From Clostridia bacterium (GTDB taxonomy: Bacteria > Bacillota > Clostridia > Oscillospirales > CAG-272): a stretch of DNA of 64,000 nucleotides. The position numbers and the translations under genes were made by a program. The stretch lies in contig JAFVRQ010000083.1 of the NCBI GenBank assembly GCA_017504245.1, positions 6,590 through 70,589 on the forward strand, in the 5' to 3' direction. A model generated the notes under the pieces. That model was not told the origin of the DNA, ran no database searches, and saw only the letters and a program-made list of their open reading frames with translations. Positions within the stretch are counted from its first letter, which is position 1, and each line of letters opens with the position of its first letter. This document shows, one piece after another, positions 36,238 through 46,308 of the stretch.

Positions 36238-37102
36238 TTTTCTTTTCAAGTGCTGCCGCTATCGCCTCCGCGCACGCGGTAGGCGTATGGCATTCTCCTT
36301 CGATTTTTATTCCTTGTTTTTTGAGCGAGTGAACGAGTCCCACGCACTGAGGCACGTCAAGTCCGCACTCGCGAAGCTTATCGGATTTTTCAAAAATCTC
36401 TGCAGGGCTTCCGTCCATAAGAATTTCGCCGTCGTTAAGAACGACTATTCTGTTTGCCCTTGCCGCCTCGTCCATATAGTGAGTAATCATAATAATGGTA
36501 ATACCGTGCTCGCGATTGAGCTTTTCAACGGTATTCATAATATCTCGTCTGCCAAGTGGATCGAGCATCGCGGTTGATTCGTCAAAAATCATACAGTCGG
36601 GCTTCATTGCAAGAATACCCGCTATCGCAATTCTTTGCTTTTGACCGCCCGAAAGTCGAGCTGGCTCTCCCTTTGCGTAGTCGCTCATACCAACAACTGC
36701 AAGCGCTTCGTCTACTCTGCGACGAATTTCCGCGGGCTCAATTCCGAGATTTTCAGGGCCGAACGCAACATCGTCCTCAACTATGGTTGCAACGAGCTGA
36801 TTGTCAGGGTTTTGAAACACCATTCCAACCTTTTTACGAAGCTCGAAAACGTCGTCCTCAGTCATTTCGGGGTCCGTAATCTCCTTGCCGTCGATATATA
36901 TTTTTCCCGAATCGGGCTCAAGTATCATATTGAGCAGCTTTGCAAGAGTTGATTTTCCCGAACCGTTGTGACCGAGCACCGCAAGATATTCACCCTTTTT
37001 TATATCGAGGGAAATATTCTTCAAAACACTCGTTCTGCCTCCGTCATCCTCCTCGTAGCTGATACACAAATCTTCAATTTTGATATAAGAATCAGAATTC
37101 AC
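36224..37102 (-). CDS. ecfA1: ECF transporter ATPase A1
   Basis: Walker A GHNGSGKST, LSGGQKQRIAIA, MIFDEST. GTG start after AGGAAA. Confidence 0.9.
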   Translation of the reverse strand: MNSDSYIKIEDLCISYEEDDGGRTSVLKNISLDIKKGEYLAVLGHNGSGKSTLAKLLNMILEPDSGKIYIDGKEITDPEMTEDDVFELRKKVGMVFQNPDNQLVATIVEDDVAFGPENLGIEPAEIRRRVDEALAVVGMSDYAKGEPARLSGGQKQRIAIAGILAMKPDCMIFDESTAMLDPLGRRDIMNTVEKLNREHGITIIMITHYMDEAARANRIVVLNDGEILMDGSPAEIFEKSDKLRECGLDVPQCVGLVHSLKKQGIKIEGECHTPTACAEAIAAALEKKNGKN

Positions 37103-37123
37103 CTTGTGACTTTCCTTTCTTTT

Positions 37124-37990
37124 TTATTTTTCTTCCTGCCAACGCGCACTCGCTCCGCAGGGCATAAAACCGCCCGTGTATTTAACGGGAAGCGCGATTT
37201 CACTCGCCTCGCATTTACCACCGTGCACCGACGAAATGCGAAGGTCAACGATATAACTCATAGTGAGAGGAGAAAGCCCCGTTGTATATGAGTTAATCAA
37301 GAAGAACAAGGGCTTATCCGAAAGCACCTTGGAGGTCAGCGCAACGAGCTCGTCAATGCTGTCCTCAATCTTCCAGATCTCCCCCGATGGTCCTCTGCCG
37401 TAAGAGGGCGGATCCATAATAATCGCATCGTATTTGTTTCCGCGACGGATCTCGCGCTCAACGAACTTCTTGCAATCGTCAACGATATAACGAATGGGGG
37501 CATTCTCAAGTCCCGAAAGCTTTGCATTCTCCTTTGCCTGAGCAACCATTCCCTTTGCCGCGTCAACGTGGCAAACGGATGCGCCAGCCTTTGCGGCAGC
37601 CACCGTAGCACCGCCCGTGTATGCAAACAAATTAAGCACCTTTATAGGTCTGCCCGCATTCCTTATAAGCTCTGAAAACCAATCCCAGTTAGCCGCCTGC
37701 TCGGGGAAAAGTCCCGTGTGCTTAAAGCCCATAGGTCGAAGCACGAAACCAAGCTCACCGTAGCTTATATTCCATTCGTCAGGAAGATTTTTCTTCACCC
37801 ATTTGCCTCCGCCCGTATTGGCTCTGCGATAAATTCCGTCCGCGCGCTTCCATTCGGGCGCGTTCCTTTCGCTATGCCAGATTATCTGCGGATCGGGACG
37901 AATGAGTATATATTTACCCCATCTTTCAAGACGCTCTCCGTCGGACGCGTCAAGAAGCTGATAGTCCATCCAATTATTTGCACTCCACAT
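37124..37990 (-). CDS. class I SAM-dependent (rRNA-type) methyltransferase, RlmI/YwbD-like catalytic domain without PUA
   Basis: LNLFAYTGGATVAAA SAM motif and IIMDPPSYGRG motif IV. Start at the ATG at 37990 (MWSANNW), next to the ruvC stop. Confidence 0.7.
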   Translation of the reverse strand: MWSANNWMDYQLLDASDGERLERWGKYILIRPDPQIIWHSERNAPEWKRADGIYRRANTGGGKWVKKNLPDEWNISYGELGFVLRPMGFKHTGLFPEQAANWDWFSELIRNAGRPIKVLNLFAYTGGATVAAAKAGASVCHVDAAKGMVAQAKENAKLSGLENAPIRYIVDDCKKFVEREIRRGNKYDAIIMDPPSYGRGPSGEIWKIEDSIDELVALTSKVLSDKPLFFLINSYTTGLSPLTMSYIVDLRISSVHGGKCEASEIALPVKYTGGFMPCGASARWQEEK

Positions 37991-37991
37991 A

Positions 37992-38513
37992 TCAATAAAC
38001 CTTTCCGTAAGTTTGTTTCTTGTTATAATATTTTGAAATCTTAGAGCTGCCCGCGTGCGCGTGGCAAATTGCAATAGCAAGCGCGTCCGCCGCATCGTCG
38101 GGGGAAATCTTTTGCTTGATGTTGAGGAACATCTGCACCATAGTAATAACCTGATTCTTCTCCGCTCTGCCGTATCCTACCACGCTCTGCTTTACCTGCA
38201 AGGGCGTGTATTCAAAAATCTCAACGCCGAGGAGCTCCGCGCAAAGCAGAATAACTCCGCGCGCCTCTGCAACGGCAATACCTGTTTTTTGGTTGGTGTT
38301 CCAGAAAAGCTCCTCAACCGCCATAGCGTCGGGATGATATTTTTCAATAATCCCCTTCAGTTCACTATAAATCGTGGCAAGCCGCTTTTCGGTATCCGTG
38401 TGTGCGGGAGTACGAATAACGCCGTAATCAAGCGTGCGGAATTTAGAGCCGCTGTATTCAATTACGCCAAAGCCCACGATTGCAACACCGGGGTCAATTC
38501 CAAGAATTATCAT
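37992..38513 (-). CDS. ruvC: Holliday junction resolvase RuvC
   Basis: MIILGIDPG...GFGVIE N-terminus and C-terminal DAADALAIAICH. ATG at 38513 after GGGAGG. Confidence 0.92.
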   Translation of the reverse strand: MIILGIDPGVAIVGFGVIEYSGSKFRTLDYGVIRTPAHTDTEKRLATIYSELKGIIEKYHPDAMAVEELFWNTNQKTGIAVAEARGVILLCAELLGVEIFEYTPLQVKQSVVGYGRAEKNQVITMVQMFLNIKQKISPDDAADALAIAICHAHAGSSKISKYYNKKQTYGKVY

Positions 38514-38703
38514 TTCCGCCTCCCAAACATACTTTATCAATTTATCATTATATCATAAAAATCCTGAAAAGTCAAATGTTTTTGTGCGCAATATATTATA
38601 ATATTATATAAAAAATATTTAAAATAACCATTTACTTATGGCAAACTTTGTGATATAATGATTTTGTATATCGTTTTTTCATTTTTGTCAAGCGGAGGTA
38701 AAT

Positions 38704-38910
38704 ATGAAAATCATAAAATTGTTCGTCGGCGACGTGGTCGAAATGAAAAAGAACCACCCCTGCGGCTCAAATCAATTTAAAATTCTGCGCGTTGGAAGTG
38801 ACGTGCGCGTTATTTGTCTTAACTGCTCACGCGATATGACTCTCGACAGAATAAAATTTGAAAAATCAATAAAAAAATTCATCGTTTCACATAATCCCGA
38901 AAACGTTTAA
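38704..38910 (+). CDS. DUF951-family small protein
   Basis: VGDVVEMKKNHPCGSNQFKILRVGSDVRVICLNCSRDMTLDR matches my memory of the DUF951 pattern. Confidence 0.75.
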   Translation: MKIIKLFVGDVVEMKKNHPCGSNQFKILRVGSDVRVICLNCSRDMTLDRIKFEKSIKKFIVSHNPENV

Positions 38911-38922
38911 TAGGAGCTGTAT

Positions 38923-41763
38923 ATGAAAATCAAAAATCCATTTAAATTAATCAAAAGCAACGAAAAATTACTTGCCATAAAAACCGAATACGGCTATCTT
39001 GCAAACGCATTTTTCATCCCCGCAATGATAATGCTCGCAATTTACCTTGCATTCGGTCATAAGCCGCTCGGAGATTTAAGCGTCCTCACGCTCGACCTTA
39101 ACGCGCAATACGTCTATTTCTATGAAGCGCTTCGCGAATTTTTGTGCGGAGATGCCTCGCTTCTCTATTCGTTCTCGCGTTCGCTCGGCGGTGAATTTAT
39201 GGGAATTTACGCTTACTATATCGCAAGTCCCCTTTCGTATATAGTTTTACTTTTCCCGAAATCAATGATGCTTTTCGCACTCTTGACCATCATAGTTATC
39301 AAAATCGGTCTTTGCGGACTTTCCTTCGGCTTTTATCTTCACAAGCAGGGCAAATGCGAAAACAAAAACAACATCGTTTTGTTTGCAACGATGTACGCCC
39401 TCTCCGCATATGCGATAACCTATCAAAACAATATAATGTGGATTGACGGATTATTCCTTCTTCCCCTTCTCACCTACGCAATCGAGCTTTTGATAAAGAA
39501 GGGCAAAATCGTTCTTTATACGGCGGTTCTTGCGCTCGTTATGATGAGCCACTATTACATCGGCTATATGATATGCTGGTACACGCTTTTCTGCTTCTTC
39601 TTCACGTATTTTAAGGATACTGACAGAAGGCTTATCAACCCAAGCGGTGAAAAGCGACATTTTGTGAAATCTCTCACAAGAATCGGTATCGGCACGGTGG
39701 TAGGTCTCGGAATGGCGGCATTTATTATCGGTGCTGCTTATTATTCACTCCAGTTTGGTAAAAACGAATTTTCCGAGCCGAATTGGGATATGGTTGCGAA
39801 CTTTGATTTCTTTGACCTTTTCCCGAAGCTCCTTCCGGGTGCATACGACACGGTAATGCACGAAGGACTTCCCCTTCTATACAGCGGTGTTCTCACAATC
39901 TTTATGCTCCCGATTTTCGTAATGGCAAAGCGCGTACCCTCGCGTGAAAAGATCTTCTACGGAGCATTCTCCTTCCTTTTCGTGCTTATAATGGCAATGA
40001 ACCCCACCGATCTCGTAATGCACGGCTTCCAAGAGCCAAACTGCTTGAATTACCGCTATAGCTTCATCGTAATTTTCTTGATGCTGATTATGGCGTATAA
40101 AGCATTCTGCGAAATTGAGGAGCATTCGCCAAAGAAAATTTTTGCAACGGGCGCTTGCGTAATCACCCTGCTTCTCGTAGCGCAAAAAATGGAATTTTCA
40201 AACTTCGTTCTTCAGGATAAGGATCAATATAAATACGGCTTTGTGGCAAACAAGCTCCCATTTTTATGGGTTGTGGTTTTCTCGATTATAGTAATCTTTG
40301 TAATCGGGGCAATTCTCTGCTATCTTATCAAATCGCAAAACAAAAAGCGCGTAGCGCAAATTCTTTTCTTTGCAATCTGTGGTGAGCTTTTCATAAACGG
40401 AGTGATTCTCTTCGCCTCTATGAGATACGATATAGGTTGGGGCTCTTATTCCTCATATTACGATTATTTCAAGGATCTTACCCCAATCGTTGAAACCGTA
40501 CAGGAGCAGGATAAAACCTTCTACCGCTCCGAAAAAACAACGCACCGTTGCACGAACGATAATATGGCTCTTAACATCAAGGGGCTTTCAAACTCAACCT
40601 CAACGCTCAATCAAAAAGCAATCGACCTTATTGAATATCTCGGTATATATGCCGACGCGCATTGGACGCAGTATCTCGGATCCACCGCGCTCACCGATGC
40701 ACTTTTCGGTGTAAAATATATATATTCCGTAAAGGAAAATCCAAACAGCAAGGAAACAACCGAGCAAAACGAATTTATGGATATGTATTTTGAAAAGGCT
40801 GCAGAGGACGATAATTACTATGCATACAAGAATCCTTACGCCCTGGGTCTTGCCTTTGGCGTAAGTGACGCAACAAAGAATCTCGAAACTACTCTCAACT
40901 ATGATTATAAGGTTGAAGAAGGACTCAAAAATCCCTTTGAGGTACAAAATCTCCTGCTCAATACCCTTCTTGGCAACACCGAGGAAGGCTCAGTTGATTT
41001 CTTCACACCTATTAAATTGAATAAGGGCAAGGAGATAGTCGGCAATCTTGGAACGGTTGGAGGAAGTATGGAATATTCCTCAAGCTCGTCAGACCCTGAC
41101 GAAGAAAACTTAGAGTTCACCTTCACCGTTCAAAAAAGCGGCCCTCTCTACCTTTTCTTACCCACGGGCTATGAAAGATCCTTCACGATGAGCGTAAACG
41201 GTGAGCACTACGTTCAAAGCAGTAACTATTCAAGAATTATTTGCTTGGGCTATAGAGAAGCGGGCGAGGAAATGAGCATAAAATTCAAGCTCGACGAGGG
41301 CAAGCTCTATTTCTTCAAGAACACGAATTACCTCTATACGCTCGATATGGACGAGCTTGAGCACGCAATCGAAGGTCTTATGAAAACAAGTCTTGTCACA
41401 ACCGAAAAATCAACCGACGATCACATTTTCGGCTCAATCACAACCTACGAAAGCAATAAAACCATAATGACCACAATCCCCTACGATGAGGGCTGGAAGG
41501 TTTACGTTGACGGCGAGCAGGTTGAAACCTATGCAATATACGGTGACTCACTTATGGCGTTCGACATCGAAAACGCAGGCGAGCACGAAATCGAATTCAA
41601 GTATATGCCTAAAATCTACGTTGTCGGCGGCATAATTTCAGGTGTTTCAACCCTTCTCTTTGCCGGAATTTGCATTTTGGAAGCAAGAAAAAGCAAAAAG
41701 GTAGCTGCTTTAGTAACCGAAGAAACCGAAAACACCGAAGAAAAAACAGAAGGAGAAAACTGA
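38923..41763 (+). CDS. YfhO-family polytopic membrane protein (putative glycosyltransferase)
   Basis: 946 aa with more than 10 N-terminal TM helices, a large extracytoplasmic C-terminal domain and a final TM anchor, as in YfhO proteins. Confidence 0.78.
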   Translation: MKIKNPFKLIKSNEKLLAIKTEYGYLANAFFIPAMIMLAIYLAFGHKPLGDLSVLTLDLNAQYVYFYEALREFLCGDASLLYSFSRSLGGEFMGIYAYYIASPLSYIVLLFPKSMMLFALLTIIVIKIGLCGLSFGFYLHKQGKCENKNNIVLFATMYALSAYAITYQNNIMWIDGLFLLPLLTYAIELLIKKGKIVLYTAVLALVMMSHYYIGYMICWYTLFCFFFTYFKDTDRRLINPSGEKRHFVKSLTRIGIGTVVGLGMAAFIIGAAYYSLQFGKNEFSEPNWDMVANFDFFDLFPKLLPGAYDTVMHEGLPLLYSGVLTIFMLPIFVMAKRVPSREKIFYGAFSFLFVLIMAMNPTDLVMHGFQEPNCLNYRYSFIVIFLMLIMAYKAFCEIEEHSPKKIFATGACVITLLLVAQKMEFSNFVLQDKDQYKYGFVANKLPFLWVVVFSIIVIFVIGAILCYLIKSQNKKRVAQILFFAICGELFINGVILFASMRYDIGWGSYSSYYDYFKDLTPIVETVQEQDKTFYRSEKTTHRCTNDNMALNIKGLSNSTSTLNQKAIDLIEYLGIYADAHWTQYLGSTALTDALFGVKYIYSVKENPNSKETTEQNEFMDMYFEKAAEDDNYYAYKNPYALGLAFGVSDATKNLETTLNYDYKVEEGLKNPFEVQNLLLNTLLGNTEEGSVDFFTPIKLNKGKEIVGNLGTVGGSMEYSSSSSDPDEENLEFTFTVQKSGPLYLFLPTGYERSFTMSVNGEHYVQSSNYSRIICLGYREAGEEMSIKFKLDEGKLYFFKNTNYLYTLDMDELEHAIEGLMKTSLVTTEKSTDDHIFGSITTYESNKTIMTTIPYDEGWKVYVDGEQVETYAIYGDSLMAFDIENAGEHEIEFKYMPKIYVVGGIISGVSTLLFAGICILEARKSKKVAALVTEETENTEEKTEGEN

Positions 41764-42398
41764 TGTTTTATTATATCGAGGGCAAGCTTGCCCACCTTGA
41801 TTATGGCTTTGCCGTGGTTGATGCCAACGGCGTCGGCTATAAAATGACTATCACACAAACGACATATGAGTCAATGCCCCCCCACCTTTCGGTGAGCGAA
41901 GCGCCAATAGTTCGTCTTTATACCTATATGGCAGTCCGCGAGGATGGAGTTGAGCTTTTCGGCTTTTCAAGTGAAAGCGAGCTTGAAGCATTCAAAATGC
42001 TCATCACCGTTTCGGGCGTCGGACCTAAGGCAGCCGTTGCCATCTTGTCGGTTTTCACACCCGACAAGCTCTTTATCACGATTATGAACGAGGACACGAA
42101 GGCAATTTCAAAGGCAAACGGAATAGGCGCGAAAACCGCCGCAAGAATCATTCTTGAATTGAAGGATAAGATTTCCAAAACCTTTGCAGAAGCTCCCACT
42201 GTTCCCTCTCCCGCAGGAAACGTACCCTCAGCACCCGCAGGCGCATCAAAGCTATCCGATGCGCAAAGCGCACTCCTTGTGCTCGGCTATACCAAGAGCG
42301 AGGTCGTTGCGGCTCTTCGCGGAGTGGATATTTCTAATAAGGATACGGACGATATTATCCGCATCGCGCTCAAAAATCTCAGTAAGTTTGGAGGGTAA
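41763..42398 (+). CDS. ruvA: Holliday junction branch-migration complex subunit RuvA
   Basis: MFYYIEGKL...VVDANGVGYKM, HhH motifs VSGVGPKAA and ANGIGAKTA. TGATG overlap with the yfhO stop. Confidence 0.92.
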   Translation: MFYYIEGKLAHLDYGFAVVDANGVGYKMTITQTTYESMPPHLSVSEAPIVRLYTYMAVREDGVELFGFSSESELEAFKMLITVSGVGPKAAVAILSVFTPDKLFITIMNEDTKAISKANGIGAKTAARIILELKDKISKTFAEAPTVPSPAGNVPSAPAGASKLSDAQSALLVLGYTKSEVVAALRGVDISNKDTDDIIRIALKNLSKFGG

Positions 42399-42402
42399 AT
42401 AA

Positions 42403-43470
42403 ATGCGTTACGAAGAAGATTACGATTTTGAAAACAGCTACGAGGACCGCACGGTTTCTCCCTCTATGACGGGCGACGATGCGCGCGAAAACGAGCTTCG
42501 CCCACAATCTCTTGAAGAATATATCGGTCAGGAAAAGGCAAAGGAAAACCTCAAAATTTATATCGAGGCGGCAAAGCTCCGAGGCGATGCCCTCGACCAC
42601 GTTCTCCTTTACGGCCCTCCTGGTCTTGGTAAAACGACACTTTCCCACATCATAGCAAACGAGATGGGAGTAAACATTAAAATCACATCGGGTCCCGCCA
42701 TTGAAAAGCAGGGCGACCTCGTTGCAATTCTCACGGGACTTGAAAACGGCGACGTTCTCTTTATCGACGAAATCCACCGCCTTTCCCGTTCCATAGAAGA
42801 AGTTCTCTATCCCGCTATGGAGGACTATTCAGTTGACATCATCATCGGTAAAGGCCCTGCCGCGAGAAGCATCAGAATTGATTTGCCAAAATTCACACTC
42901 GTTGGCGCAACAACGCGCGCAGGCCAGCTCACAAGCCCCCTTCGTGATAGATTTGGCGTGCTTTTAAAGCTTGAGCTCTACACCCCCGAGGAGCTTTCCA
43001 CCATCGTTAAAAGAAGCGCGAAAATTCTCGGCATAAGCATCACCGAGGACGGCGCGCTCGAAATTGCAAGTCGCTCACGCGGAACACCCCGTATCGCAAA
43101 CCGCTTGCTCAAGCGAGTTCGCGATTTTGCAATAGTAATGGGCGACGGCATCATCAACTGCGAAATCGCAAGATATGCCCTCCAAAAGCTCGAAATCGAC
43201 GAGCTTGGTCTTGACAGTCTTGACAGACGTATGCTTGAAACGATTATCCGCTTCTATAACGGCGGACCCGTGGGCCTTGATACGATTGCCGCTACCATCG
43301 GCGAAGAAGCAATCACCATCGAGGACGTTTGCGAGCCCTACCTCTTGCAAATCGGCTTCCTCTCCCGCACCCCCAAAGGACGTTGCGTGACCCCCCTCGC
43401 CTACGAGCACCTCGGTATTCCCTACCGACCCAATAGCAAAATTGATGCAAATCAAACGACGATAATTTAA
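42403..43470 (+). CDS. ruvB: Holliday junction ATP-dependent DNA helicase RuvB
   Basis: [40 protein letters not shown]. Confidence 0.96.
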   Translation: MRYEEDYDFENSYEDRTVSPSMTGDDARENELRPQSLEEYIGQEKAKENLKIYIEAAKLRGDALDHVLLYGPPGLGKTTLSHIIANEMGVNIKITSGPAIEKQGDLVAILTGLENGDVLFIDEIHRLSRSIEEVLYPAMEDYSVDIIIGKGPAARSIRIDLPKFTLVGATTRAGQLTSPLRDRFGVLLKLELYTPEELSTIVKRSAKILGISITEDGALEIASRSRGTPRIANRLLKRVRDFAIVMGDGIINCEIARYALQKLEIDELGLDSLDRRMLETIIRFYNGGPVGLDTIAATIGEEAITIEDVCEPYLLQIGFLSRTPKGRCVTPLAYEHLGIPYRPNSKIDANQTTII

Positions 43471-43487
43471 TATAAAGCATATTATCA

Positions 43488-43521
43488 AAAGAGCGCCTAT
43501 CAATTAAGATAGACGCTCTTT
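43488..43521 (+). terminator. terminator-like hairpin after ruvB
   Basis: 13 of 14 bp stem 43488-43501/43508-43521; weak T-tract. Confidence 0.5.
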
Positions 43522-43639
43522 GGCGTTCGTAATAAAAGTGTTTTGTTCCATTATTGATAAATTATGGTGAATAAAATGCCTGTTCCATATATGAAGGGAG
43601 TAAAAGAAAGGAGCACGTGAGCGCTCCTTAGTTTATTTT

Positions 43640-45862
43640 TTATTCTTCGGGTTTATAGCCCCAAACTACAGGGCGGTTGGAATAGTTCCATTTAGACCTC
43701 CAGCCACTTGGCTGTGCTTCTGCTTCACAGTAGATTGTTAGTTTGGAGCAATTTTCGAATGCATAATAACCAATACTCGTCACAGAGTCGGGGATTGTTA
43801 TGCTTGTGAGTGATGTGCAATAATAGAATGCATAATCACCAATACTTGTCACGGAGTTGGGGATTGTTAGGCTTGTCAGCGAGTAGCAATCATAGAATGC
43901 ACGTACACCAATACTCGTTACACTTTTACCAATTGTTACACTTATAAGTGAGGTACATTCTTCAAATGCATTAGTACCTATACTCATTACACTATCGGGG
44001 ATAGTTATGCTTGTGAGAGATTTGCAAAAATCGAATGCTAAAGTACCAATACTCGTTACGCCGTTTCCGATTGTTACGCTTGTGAGAGATGTGCAATATT
44101 CAAATGCCCTATAACCAATACTTGTTACTGAATCGGGCATTACTACACTTATAATTGCATCATTTTCATAGAATGCACCACTCCATATTCCATACTCTTT
44201 TTCACCATCATATTCGGGAAGAATAATGTCCGTATCACTACCCAAATATTTAACAAGATATTTATCTGTTCCGTCATCATAGAACAAATAATCTCCGACT
44301 GTTTTAAGTGCAGATTGTGAGCCATCGGTTATGATATGCTTTGCATTATAGCCAATGTATCCATAATCTTTAGAACCTGCAACTATTTTTAATGATGATT
44401 TGTTGATTACCTCTATAAGTGAATGACAATAATCAAATGCTCTATCACCAATACTTATTACACTATCAGATATCTCTATACTTGTAAGCGATGTACACCA
44501 AACGAATGCAAATTCCTCAATATATAACACAGAGTCCGGTATTATTACACTTGTTAATGAACTAAGTTTGAACGCACTATTGCCGATAGCAATTACTTTA
44601 TCACCTGTGGGAGAAATCGAGGGAATTATTATGTCGGTGTCGGTGCATGTACCAATGCCAGAAACATAACAAGTGCCATTTTCGTATGAAGTGAAATTGA
44701 TACCCTCGGAACACTTAATAGGAATAACCTCGGTTCCTTTCTCGCCGCAGTCACAATATCTTTCCTTAGAGCCTTCTTCGGTTTTTGTGGGTTCCTTTAC
44801 GGTTACCCAATCACTGAAAATATGACCTGTTGCTTCAACGTAAGTATCATTATAGAACGCACCACATTTACAAGTGTGCGTTGTGTAACCCTGATTTACG
44901 CAGGTGGGCGCGGTTACGGTAGCGGTTGCATAATCGTGGTCGAGCATACCTATCTGCTCTTGCGCCAACAAAACGGCACCGCAAACTCCGCAATGCTTAC
45001 CTTCGGTAAGTCCTGTTGATGTACAAGTGGGCTCAACACTTGCGTCGATAGCTTCGGTGTGATTTTTCAACGCAACCACCGTTTGAGCAACGAGGATTTC
45101 GTTACAAACGGTACATTGTTTACCCTCGGTAAGACCTGTTGACGTGCAGGTCGCTTCAACGGACACGAGAACCTTTGTGCTTGCGTGCTCACAAGCTCTT
45201 TCATAGCCGCAGCCGTTACAAATCAAATCCGTGTTGCCGTCATAGGTGTGCTCCTTCAAGGGCGCAACACTTTGAGCAACGAGGATTTCGTCGCAAACGG
45301 AACACTTTTTGCCCTCGGTCAAGCCCTTTTCGGTGCAGGTTGAGTCAACTGCGGGGATTATTTCCTCGGTGTGCGCTTTAAGAGGTGCTTCCTGCTGTGC
45401 AACGAGCGTTTCGCCACAAACAGAACACTTTTTGCCCTCAGTTAATCCCTTTTCCGTGCAGGTTGACTCAACTGCGGGGATTATTTCCTCGGTGTGCGCT
45501 TTAAGAGGTGCTTCCTGCTGCGCAACTAAAATTTCGTCGCAAACGGAACACTTTTTGCCCTCAGTTAATCCCTTTTCCGTGCAGGTTGACTCAACCGCGG
45601 GGATAATTTCCTCGGTATGAGGCTTTGTGGGTATTTCCGTTTGCTCAACCAAAATCTCGCCACAATCAGAACAATGCTGACCCTCGGTAAGACCCGTGCT
45701 TGTGCAGGTCGCCTCCACCGCCTCGTCGATCACGATTGTGTGCTCGTGAGCGGGCGGCTGTGTTGTTGTAGTTGTTGTTGGCGGAACGTGCTTTCCTCCG
45801 CACGAAGCAAGTGCGAAAACAAGTGCCAAAACAACTAATGTGAGTGCTAAAATCTTTTTCAT
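43640..45862 (-). CDS. secreted lipoprotein: about seven Cys3-His repeat modules plus a BspA-type leucine-rich-repeat domain
   Basis: MKKILALTLVVLALVFALASC lipobox (ATG at 45862 after AAAGGAGAAAG). Repeats of H-x9-11-C-T-x2-G-L-T-E-G-x2-C-x2-C. C-terminal repeats of ...SLTSVTIP(D/N)SVTSIG..AF..C. Confidence 0.8.
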   Translation of the reverse strand: MKKILALTLVVLALVFALASCGGKHVPPTTTTTTQPPAHEHTIVIDEAVEATCTSTGLTEGQHCSDCGEILVEQTEIPTKPHTEEIIPAVESTCTEKGLTEGKKCSVCDEILVAQQEAPLKAHTEEIIPAVESTCTEKGLTEGKKCSVCGETLVAQQEAPLKAHTEEIIPAVDSTCTEKGLTEGKKCSVCDEILVAQSVAPLKEHTYDGNTDLICNGCGYERACEHASTKVLVSVEATCTSTGLTEGKQCTVCNEILVAQTVVALKNHTEAIDASVEPTCTSTGLTEGKHCGVCGAVLLAQEQIGMLDHDYATATVTAPTCVNQGYTTHTCKCGAFYNDTYVEATGHIFSDWVTVKEPTKTEEGSKERYCDCGEKGTEVIPIKCSEGINFTSYENGTCYVSGIGTCTDTDIIIPSISPTGDKVIAIGNSAFKLSSLTSVIIPDSVLYIEEFAFVWCTSLTSIEISDSVISIGDRAFDYCHSLIEVINKSSLKIVAGSKDYGYIGYNAKHIITDGSQSALKTVGDYLFYDDGTDKYLVKYLGSDTDIILPEYDGEKEYGIWSGAFYENDAIISVVMPDSVTSIGYRAFEYCTSLTSVTIGNGVTSIGTLAFDFCKSLTSITIPDSVMSIGTNAFEECTSLISVTIGKSVTSIGVRAFYDCYSLTSLTIPNSVTSIGDYAFYYCTSLTSITIPDSVTSIGYYAFENCSKLTIYCEAEAQPSGWRSKWNYSNRPVVWGYKPEE
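45251..45619 (-). repeat. three tandem 123-bp coding repeats (41-aa modules)
   Basis: Units 45251-45373, 45374-45496 and 45497-45619 encode HTEEIIPAVESTCTEKGLTEGKKCSVC(D/G)E(I/T)LVAQQEAPLKA. Roughly 90% DNA identity by eye. Confidence 0.9.
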
Positions 45863-46140
45863 CTTTCTTTCTCCTTTAAAAATAAAAAGTGCGCCAACCG
45901 AAGTCAGCGCACCGAAAAACGCAAACTCCAATTGTCGCCAAACAAATCGAATAGGAATCGGGAATATAAATTCTTTGTAATCCTACTTCGCGGAATTTGC
46001 GTCTTTACCAAATTCAAAAAGTAGGATGCAGAAAAGAAGGTATAGTTACCCTAAAGAAAATACCCCCAATTAATATTCGATTTGTTTGGCTAATATATTC
46101 TATCATACTTTTTATAGTTTTGCAACACTTTTTTGAAAAT

Positions 46141-46170
46141 AAAAAACCGGCGGGAGACAAGCCCCCGCCC
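46141..46170 (-). terminator. intrinsic terminator of the cotF-like operon
   Basis: Stem GGCGGG 46149-46154 / CCCGCC 46164-46169. On the minus strand it is followed by GGTTTTTT. Confidence 0.6.
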
Positions 46171-46308
46171 TACGATATTTCCGCGCGTCATTCTCGAGGG
46201 AGTTGCGCCAAGATTCTTCGCTTCGCTCGAGGATAACGAAACAGATGCTTCGCTATATTGTTTCGTCGGCGCAACGACCGAAGAATCTTACGCGGTGCAT
46301 TAACTAAA

